Positions 38,431-45,743 of a DNA stretch of 64,000 nt are shown here, piece after piece. Numbering within the stretch: the first letter of the stretch is position 1; each line of letters starts with the position of its first letter. A program made the translations under genes and the position numbers. Origin of the DNA: an uncultured Gemmatimonadaceae bacterium (lineage in GTDB: Bacteria > Gemmatimonadota > Gemmatimonadetes > Gemmatimonadales > Gemmatimonadaceae); the NCBI GenBank assembly GCA_963761305.1, contig CAVXGK010000002.1:3040001-3104000 (forward strand), written 5' to 3'. Below the pieces are notes generated by a model, which saw nothing but the letters and a program-made list of their open reading frames with translations, ran no database searches and was not told the DNA's origin.

Positions 38431-40218
38431 CTATGGAGTGTCCTGTCTCGTCGCCTGTTTGACGGCTGTTGGATCATTGAACATCAGCCACTCGATGACC
38501 GACTGCGGCAGGCTCCCGTAGCTGATCACCTGGTCGTGGAACGCGCCGAGCCGGAAGTCGTTGGGGTGCGCGTCGCGATAGCGCCCAAGCAGCCGCATGA
38601 AGCCCAGCTTCCCGACGATGTACGTCATCTTCTGCGTCGGCTGCGACGCGGCGCCGGCCGCCTCGCCTTCGGCCGCTTCGCGATCGAGACCGCCTTCGTT
38701 CATGAAATACTGAACGGCCTGATCGAACGTCCACTTTCCTGTGTGCAGGTTCGCGTCGACGCCGACGCGCGCGGCGCGATAGCGCGACAGCCGCAGCACC
38801 TGTCCGTGGCCACCCGAGTTCTGCGCGATCAACCCTTCGTGGAGCACCACTTCTTCGAGATACAGCGCCCAGCCTTCCGTGAAGACGCCGTCTCCCTGCT
38901 GTCGGCGGATCTCATCCGGCAGGTGATTCGCGATGCTGAGCTGCACGAAGTGTCCAGGAAATCCTTCGTGTACAATGAGCGGCCGCGGGTCTTCGATTCC
39001 GGCTCTGATGTAGAAGTTGTTGCTCTTCGGATTGTACGTCGGGATGAAGTAGAAGCCGGACGGATCCTTGTCGTAGAGGCCGGGCGGATTCATGAAGCCG
39101 CCGGGACTCGTCGGCTTGAACGCCTCCGGCAGTTGTCGGATGTAGAACGGCCCGAGGTACGGCGGCAGTGTGACGAGCCGCTTGGCCTTGATGAAGTCGA
39201 TGACTTCCTTCTCGCGTGCTTGATACGTCTTGAGAAAATCCGCCTGATCCGTAGGGATGCGCGGCGCTCGCGCCGGATCCGGATTGGCGAGCCGCGGGTC
39301 GGGCAGCATCGCCTCCAGCGCTCGATATCGCGCCAACTCCGTCTGGCCGATCGTGTTGAGCTGGTCGGCGCTCATCGGCAGCAGATAGATGTGGTGCAGC
39401 ATGTACTCGTAGTTCGACGTGCCCATCGCCCGCCACGGCGGCATCGACTTCTCCCGCGCGGCCAGCCAGTCGGCGTACGAGTGAAGCGCTGCCACCGCCG
39501 AGTCGCGAGCCGCCACCAGCGCCCCACGCTCGGCCGGCGAGAGATCCTTGGCGAGCGTCATCAAGCTCGCGGTGTAGAGGTCGTCGCCGCCGCGCGCCGC
39601 GTCGATCGCGAGCGTCGCATAGAGTGACACCGGCTTCGTGAGATTCGCTTCGCCCTGGCGCAGCATCGCCGGCGTCGCGCGCAGACGCGCCGTCGCCGCC
39701 AGCGCGCGTTGACGCGTCGGCGCGTATTCCTTGGTCAGCAGCGAAAAGATGCCGTTCGTGATCTCGTTGACGTAGGTCTGCGGGTCGACGTGCTCGGCGT
39801 CCTGCACCCGGCTGAAGAACTCCGCCGATTCGAGCTGCGACCGGAACAGCACCCAATCCACCTGATCGTCTCGGCTCCACTTCGTTGTATCGATCGCGCG
39901 CACCTGCGCGAGCAGCCGTCGCACGTAGGCGCGGCGCGCCTCGATCCCCGCCGGGCGGTAGTCGGTGAGCCGGTCGTCCCACGTGTGCAGTCCCTGGCCG
40001 CTCGACGCGACCGGATAGCTCACCTTGACCGAGTCATAGTAGGCGGCGGCGATTCGTTTGAGGTCGGCCGGCGCGGTCGAGGCATGGCGAGCCCGCATCG
40101 AACCTCGCGCCGCGACAAGCGGCGGCACGCCGAGCGGCGCTACGAGTAACACCGCCAGCTCCGAGGCGACCAGCGCGCGCGCGACCGGCCCGATACGGGG
40201 TATGCGACGATCGAACAC
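38431..40218 (-). CDS. DUF885-family protein (zincin-like), exported
   Basis: HEGFPGH, FTEGWALY, FHDQVISYGSLP signatures; GTG start overlaps upstream TAG. Confidence 0.88.
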   Translation of the reverse strand: MFDRRIPRIGPVARALVASELAVLLVAPLGVPPLVAARGSMRARHASTAPADLKRIAAAYYDSVKVSYPVASSGQGLHTWDDRLTDYRPAGIEARRAYVRRLLAQVRAIDTTKWSRDDQVDWVLFRSQLESAEFFSRVQDAEHVDPQTYVNEITNGIFSLLTKEYAPTRQRALAATARLRATPAMLRQGEANLTKPVSLYATLAIDAARGGDDLYTASLMTLAKDLSPAERGALVAARDSAVAALHSYADWLAAREKSMPPWRAMGTSNYEYMLHHIYLLPMSADQLNTIGQTELARYRALEAMLPDPRLANPDPARAPRIPTDQADFLKTYQAREKEVIDFIKAKRLVTLPPYLGPFYIRQLPEAFKPTSPGGFMNPPGLYDKDPSGFYFIPTYNPKSNNFYIRAGIEDPRPLIVHEGFPGHFVQLSIANHLPDEIRRQQGDGVFTEGWALYLEEVVLHEGLIAQNSGGHGQVLRLSRYRAARVGVDANLHTGKWTFDQAVQYFMNEGGLDREAAEGEAAGAASQPTQKMTYIVGKLGFMRLLGRYRDAHPNDFRLGAFHDQVISYGSLPQSVIEWLMFNDPTAVKQATRQDTP

Positions 40219-41072
40219 TAGAATTCCAGCGTTGAGAGATACTTATAGCTCGCCGCCGCGCTCGCCATCGGGTCGGGCGGGTTGTCGTACTCGACGAACG
40301 TGTGCTCGACGCCTTTGCCGTGCGCCAAGATCGTCTTGAAGTCGATCACCCCAGCGCCGACGTCGGCCATCTTCTGATCCGGCGGCCCCATCGAGTCCTT
40401 GGCGTGGAACATCGAGAAACGGCCCGGATACGCGGCGAGCAGTTGCAGCGGATCGGCGCCGCCGTTCACCGCCCAGTAAATGTCCATCTCGTACGACACG
40501 AGCGAGGGATCCGTCTCCTTCATCAGGATGTCGATCGGCAATACGTCGCCCGTCTTGCGGACGATATCGTTGTGGTTGTGGAACGCGAATCGGAACCCGG
40601 CTCGCTTGCACGTGGCGCCCGCCGTGTTGAACCGCGCCGCCATCTGTTTCCAGTCGTCGGCCGTGGCCTTCGGGCCGCGCGGCAACGACGCCACCGTCAC
40701 GAACTCGTGGCCGATCGTCTTCGCGTCGCCGAATGTCTGCGCGCCGTTCGTTTCGATCGCCTCGATGGCCACGTGCACCGAAGGCGCGGTCAGGCCGTTC
40801 GCCTTGAGCATGTCGCGAATCTCGGCCGCCGGATGGTTGAAGTAGCCTGCGAATTCAACCTCCTTGTAGCCGATCTTCGCGATCGCCTCGAGCGTGCCGG
40901 CCGTGTCGGTGGCCATCTTGCTTCGAACCGTGTACAGCTCCATGCCGACGCGGGCGAGCTTGCTCGGCGTTTCGCCAACCAGGGGGACGGTCAGCTGACC
41001 GAGCGCCCGCCGCGCCCATGCTCCCAGCGCCGCGACGCCGAGCATCGCGAGAAAACTTCGTCGATTCTCCAT
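40218..41072 (-). CDS. Sugar phosphate isomerase/epimerase family (TIM barrel), Tat-exported
   Basis: NRRSFL Tat motif; GMELYTVR, EVEFAGY, FHNHN, EMDIYW, HAKD, FVEYD. Confidence 0.88.
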   Translation of the reverse strand: MENRRSFLAMLGVAALGAWARRALGQLTVPLVGETPSKLARVGMELYTVRSKMATDTAGTLEAIAKIGYKEVEFAGYFNHPAAEIRDMLKANGLTAPSVHVAIEAIETNGAQTFGDAKTIGHEFVTVASLPRGPKATADDWKQMAARFNTAGATCKRAGFRFAFHNHNDIVRKTGDVLPIDILMKETDPSLVSYEMDIYWAVNGGADPLQLLAAYPGRFSMFHAKDSMGPPDQKMADVGAGVIDFKTILAHGKGVEHTFVEYDNPPDPMASAAASYKYLSTLEF

Positions 41073-41200
41073 GTCCGGATTGGCGACAGAGGTTGAGACA
41101 TCGGCAAACATGGCCGGGCGCATCGAGGGCGGCAATGGCGGCCGTGCCGCGGTCCGCGCGGCCCGTTCGCGTGGCGTCTGGCGGAGCTATCTTGACGCGC

Positions 41201-42862
41201 ATGAGACGCGCCCTCGCCCCACTCCCGCTGCTTTTGATGCTCGCCGGCGCGGCGTCACTCCCCGCGCAGTCGGCCGATCACGTGGACATCATTCCGCGTC
41301 CCGAGTCGGTCGTCACCGGAAACGGGACGTTCCTCTTGACCGCACGAACCATGCTGTGGGCGGATCGCGCCGACAGCGCCGTCGCCCGGCGATTCGCGCG
41401 GGACGTCGCCCCCGCGACGGGGTTCGACCTCGCGGTTCGCGTCGGCGACGCGACGCGCGGCAGCCGAATCGTCTTTCGTCGCGCCGCCGCGAACGACACG
41501 TCGCTTGGACCCGAAGGTTATCGCCTCGTCGTGACGCCCGCGGCGATCACCGTCACGTCGTCCGCGCCCGCCGGCGCGTTCTACGCGAAGCAGACGCTGC
41601 GCCAGCTCCTCCCCGCCGAGGTCTTCCGCGCCGCGCCGATCGACGGAGTGAAGTGGACGATTCCCGCCGTCACGATCGTCGACCGTCCCCGGTTCTCGTG
41701 GCGCGGCATGCACCTCGACGTCTCGCGCCATTTCATGCCCAAGGAGTTCGTGAAGAAGTACATCGACCTCCTGGCGCTCCACAAAATGAATTCCTTCCAC
41801 TGGCATCTCACCGATGACCAGGGCTGGCGTATCGAGATCAAGAAATATCCCCGGCTCACGTCGGTCGGTGCGTGGCGTTCGCAGACGCTCGTCGGCAAGG
41901 CGCAGCGCGATTCCACGCTCGACGTCTACGACCACAAGCCGCACGGCGGCTTCTACACCCATGACGACGTTCGAGAGATCGTCGAATACGCGCGCGAGCG
42001 CTTCGTGCGCATCGTGCCCGAGATCGAGATGCCCGGCCACTCGCAGGCCGCCATCGCCGCGTATCCGAGCCTCGGCAATTTCGGCGACACCGTGCCGGTG
42101 TGGACGAAGTGGGGCGTCACGCCGCACATCCTGAATCCGTCGGATACGACGATCGCGTTCATGCAGGACGTGCTCACCGAAGTGATGGGACTCTTCCCCG
42201 GCGAGTTCATTCACATAGGCGGCGACGAAGCGATCAAACCGGAATGGAAGGCGAGCCCTCGCACGCAAGCCAGGATCAAAGAGCTCGGCATCGCGCCGGA
42301 CGACTCGAGCAAGCCGCGCGACTTCCACGCCGAGGACGCGCTGCAAAGCTGGTTCACGACGCAGATGGACCACTTCCTCACCACCCACGGACGACGACTC
42401 GTCGGCTGGGATGAGATCCTCGAGGGCGGCCTCGCCCCCAACGCGGTCGTCATGTCGTGGCGTGGCACGGCCGGCGGTCTCGCCGCGGCGCGCGCCGGTC
42501 ACGACGTGATCATGACGCCGGGCGACTACACCTACTTCGATCACTATCAGTCGCGAAACACGGCGGCCGAACCGCTGGCGATCGGCGGATTTCTCCCGCT
42601 CGATTCGGTCTACGCCTACGAACCCGTACCCGCGGAGCTCGAGCCGCAGTTCGTCTCGCACATTCTCGGCGCGCAGGGGCAGGTCTGGACCGAGTACATC
42701 GAAGGACCCAAGAACGTCGAGTACATGGCATTCCCGCGCGAAGCCGCACTTGCGGAAGTCCTCTGGACGCCGAAGTCGCGCCGCGATTTCGCCGACTTCT
42801 CAGCGCGACTCCCCGCTGAATCGCGCCGGCTCGACGCGCTCGACGTGAACTATCGCCGCTGA
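41201..42862 (+). CDS. Beta-N-acetylhexosaminidase (GH20), secreted
   Basis: DRPRFSWRGMHLDVSRHF, HWHLTDDQGWR, PEIEMPGH, HIGGDE, WTEYI. Confidence 0.95.
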   Translation: MRRALAPLPLLLMLAGAASLPAQSADHVDIIPRPESVVTGNGTFLLTARTMLWADRADSAVARRFARDVAPATGFDLAVRVGDATRGSRIVFRRAAANDTSLGPEGYRLVVTPAAITVTSSAPAGAFYAKQTLRQLLPAEVFRAAPIDGVKWTIPAVTIVDRPRFSWRGMHLDVSRHFMPKEFVKKYIDLLALHKMNSFHWHLTDDQGWRIEIKKYPRLTSVGAWRSQTLVGKAQRDSTLDVYDHKPHGGFYTHDDVREIVEYARERFVRIVPEIEMPGHSQAAIAAYPSLGNFGDTVPVWTKWGVTPHILNPSDTTIAFMQDVLTEVMGLFPGEFIHIGGDEAIKPEWKASPRTQARIKELGIAPDDSSKPRDFHAEDALQSWFTTQMDHFLTTHGRRLVGWDEILEGGLAPNAVVMSWRGTAGGLAAARAGHDVIMTPGDYTYFDHYQSRNTAAEPLAIGGFLPLDSVYAYEPVPAELEPQFVSHILGAQGQVWTEYIEGPKNVEYMAFPREAALAEVLWTPKSRRDFADFSARLPAESRRLDALDVNYRR

Positions 42863-42869
42863 CGGTGCC

Positions 42870-43379
42870 TCATCGGCACTTGGCGATCTTGCGCAGATGG
42901 TTCGGGTGCAGCGCCCACTCGAGCGTGCCGCTGCACTTTTTCGGCGCGCCCTTGAAGGACAGAAAGCACGCGCCTCCCTTCTTCAGCTCCAGATGCGACT
43001 CATCGATGCCGCTGATCAGCCACGTGACGAGCGCGCTCAACTGTGGCTCGTGGCCGACCACAGCCACGACCGGATGATCGTGCTCGGCGACCCATCCCAC
43101 GAAATCCTCGAACGGCGCCTTGGGTCGGAGCGCGTCGGTCGTCGAATGGATGTCAAGCCCATACTCTTCCGCGACGATTTCCGCCGTCTCGCGGGCCCGC
43201 GTCAGGGGACTGGTGGCGATCAGCGAGATCTTCGGTGCGATCGTGCGCAGACCTTCGGCGCACTGCACCATCTTGTACCGCCCTTCGGGGGTGAGCGGCC
43301 GGAGATCGTCTTCCTGGCCGGTCTTCGAGAATGAGTCACGGTCTTCCGCGATCGCGTGACGAATGACGAGCAAGTGCAT
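42870..43379 (-). CDS. sixA: Phosphohistidine phosphatase SixA
   Basis: RHAIA, RPLTPEG, SPLTRARETA, VVGHEPQL, LKKGG. Confidence 0.85.
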   Translation of the reverse strand: MHLLVIRHAIAEDRDSFSKTGQEDDLRPLTPEGRYKMVQCAEGLRTIAPKISLIATSPLTRARETAEIVAEEYGLDIHSTTDALRPKAPFEDFVGWVAEHDHPVVAVVGHEPQLSALVTWLISGIDESHLELKKGGACFLSFKGAPKKCSGTLEWALHPNHLRKIAKCR

Positions 43380-43409
43380 AGGCGGCGGCATCCCTCCAGT
43401 GGAGATCAG

Positions 43410-44192
43410 ATGAGCACGATTCGACGAGTCACCCTGATGCTGGCAAGTCTCGCGCTACCGCTTCGCCTCGCCGCGCAAAAGCCCGAGCCCGCTAAGTCCG
43501 ACCAACCGTGGCCGACGGGCACCTTCTCCATTCTCGCCTACGACCCGGCGACCGGCGAGCTCGGGGGTGCGGTTCAGTCGCGCGTGTTCTCGGTAGGCAA
43601 CGGCGTTTTGTCCGCCGAAGCGAACGTCGGCGTCGTGGCGACACAGGCGATCGTGGACGTCGGCTACGGTCCGCAGGCGCTCGCGCTGCTCCGACAAGGC
43701 ATGGACGCCGAGCAGGTCGTGAAGACGGTGTGGGGCCAGGACCCGGATCCGCGTCCCACCGACTGGTCGAAGGAAGGAAGACAGTTCGCTGTCGTGGACG
43801 CGAAGGGCAACGTCTTCGCCTACACCGGACCCAAGGCGACCCCGTGGGCCGGCAACAAGGCGTGCACGGCGCCGAATACGCATTGTACCGCGCAGGGAAA
43901 CATCCTCGCCGGTTCGGCGGTGGTCGACAGCATGGTGGCCCTCTTCGAGCGCACGCCCGGCCATCTCGCGTACCGGCTCCTGGCGGCGCTCGAGGGCGGA
44001 CAGCTCGCCGGCGGCGACAAGCGCGGGCAGGAGTCGGCGGCGATGGTCATCGTGAAGAAGAACGGCGGCGTCTGGCTGCACAACGACACCGTGCTGCGGC
44101 TCCAGGTCGACGACAATCCGGAACCGATCAAGGAACTTCGCCGGCTCGTCGAGAAGGCCGCGGCCCAACACCAGATTCCGGCCGCGCCGTAG
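43410..44192 (+). CDS. DUF1028 protein (Ntn-hydrolase-like), secreted
   Basis: Signal peptide then TFSILAYD (N-terminal nucleophile Thr), QGNILAG, GGDKRG, LQVDDNPEPIKEL. Confidence 0.88.
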   Translation: MSTIRRVTLMLASLALPLRLAAQKPEPAKSDQPWPTGTFSILAYDPATGELGGAVQSRVFSVGNGVLSAEANVGVVATQAIVDVGYGPQALALLRQGMDAEQVVKTVWGQDPDPRPTDWSKEGRQFAVVDAKGNVFAYTGPKATPWAGNKACTAPNTHCTAQGNILAGSAVVDSMVALFERTPGHLAYRLLAALEGGQLAGGDKRGQESAAMVIVKKNGGVWLHNDTVLRLQVDDNPEPIKELRRLVEKAAAQHQIPAAP

Positions 44193-44198
44193 CTACGA

Positions 44199-45689
44199 CT
44201 ACGGCACCGTCCGCGCGCGCTTCTTCATCAGCGCCTCGATCTCGGCGATCTCGCGCGGTGCGGTGCTCAGTCGCTCGAGACCGGTGTCCGTGATCAGGTA
44301 GTCGTCTTCGATCCGGACGCCGGTACCTTCGTAGCGCGCGACCACCGGCTTCACCTTCGCGATGAACGCGCGGTTCTTCGGCGTATCGGGAAGCGCGTCA
44401 AGCATGCGCGCGCTCACGTAGATCCCCGGCTCGATGGTGAACACATCACCGGGCCGATAAACCCGATCGCCGTACGAGAACTGCGCGGGGTCGTGAACGG
44501 CGAGACCGAGGCCGTGGCTGATGCCATGGATCATCCACAGCATTCCCTGCCTGCACATCGCCGGCGTACGCTCGCAGTTGGCTTGCCACGGCGGATCGAA
44601 CGTCGCGTCCTCGCTCTCGATCAAGCCGAGCTTCGCGAGCCCGCGCGAGCGAACGGCGACGGACGAGTCCTGCGCCACTGCGGCCGATTTGCCGGGAACC
44701 GCGTTCCGTTCCGCCGCCGCCTGCGCGTCGCGCACGAGTTGGTACATCGCGCGCTGGTCCGCCGTGTACGTGCCGCTCACCGGAATCGTCCGCGTGATGT
44801 CGGCGGCGTAGCCTTCGTATTCCGTCGCCGCGTCGATGACGACCACGTCGCCCGGTTTCGTTTCGCCGCGGTCTTTCATGTAATGCAACTGCGTTCCGTT
44901 GAGCCCCGACCCGACGATCGATCCGTACGCCGGCCGCGCTCCCCCGAGGCGCATGAACGTGTACTCGAGCGCGGCTTGAAGCTCGTACTCGTGCGCCGGC
45001 ATCGGCGCGGTCATGGCCGCGCGATGGCCTTCCGAGCTGATCTCCGCCGCCTTTCTCAGCAGCGCGATCTCCGCCGCGCTCTTCTTGGCGCGCAGCTGAT
45101 CCACGAGCGGCGACGCATCCTTCGCGACGAGTCCGGGATGTCGCGACACGAGTCCGCGCACGAACGACCGCCCTCGCGTGAGCGAGTCGGCGCGCGAGAA
45201 GTCGGCGTCCTCGAAATCATCCAGCGTGAAGAGCGGCAGGCCGCTGGCCGCCAACGAGTCGGTCACCGCGCCGACCGCCGAGAATGAGCGGGCGCGAACC
45301 TGCTGCGTGCGGACGACGGCGGCCGAATCGGGCCGCCATCCATAGTAGAACGCCGAGCGCGGATCGGCCGGCGTGAGAAACAGCGTCGTCGTTCCGACGC
45401 CGTGGCGCACGACCATCACCATCGCCGCGTCGGCTTCGTCGAAATTGGTGAGGTAGTGAAACGCCGGCAGTTGATGGAACGGCCCGAAGTCGTTGATCGG
45501 CGTCCGTTCCCCGAACGCGACCACGAAGCCGCTGTCGATCTTCTTCGCCAACGCCTCCCGCCGCGCCGCGAACTCACGCTCGGTGATCTGCGCCCGCGCC
45601 ACCGGCGCCGCGCCGAGCACGAGCAACGAGAGCAACGAGAGCAACGAGAGCAACGAGAACATCGCCAACGAATGCGTTCGGAACGTCAT
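44199..45689 (-). CDS. Xaa-Pro aminopeptidase (M24B), secreted
   Basis: FHYLTN, LHY, YAADITRT, HGISHGLGLAVHD, TIEPGIY, GVRIEDD; RBS gagaggga before ATG 45689. Confidence 0.9.
   Translation of the reverse strand: MTFRTHSLAMFSLLSLLSLLSLLVLGAAPVARAQITEREFAARREALAKKIDSGFVVAFGERTPINDFGPFHQLPAFHYLTNFDEADAAMVMVVRHGVGTTTLFLTPADPRSAFYYGWRPDSAAVVRTQQVRARSFSAVGAVTDSLAASGLPLFTLDDFEDADFSRADSLTRGRSFVRGLVSRHPGLVAKDASPLVDQLRAKKSAAEIALLRKAAEISSEGHRAAMTAPMPAHEYELQAALEYTFMRLGGARPAYGSIVGSGLNGTQLHYMKDRGETKPGDVVVIDAATEYEGYAADITRTIPVSGTYTADQRAMYQLVRDAQAAAERNAVPGKSAAVAQDSSVAVRSRGLAKLGLIESEDATFDPPWQANCERTPAMCRQGMLWMIHGISHGLGLAVHDPAQFSYGDRVYRPGDVFTIEPGIYVSARMLDALPDTPKNRAFIAKVKPVVARYEGTGVRIEDDYLITDTGLERLSTAPREIAEIEALMKKRARTVP
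45621..45656. repeat. Perfect 9-bp tandem repeat (gagcaacga)x4 in a signal-peptide coding region
   Basis: Four exact copies; on the minus strand they encode SLL-SLL-SLL-SLL. Confidence 0.9.
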
Positions 45690-45743
45690 CGTCCCTCTCA
45701 TCACAGGTTGTTGGCCGTCACGCCGTCCACCGGTCCACCCGCG

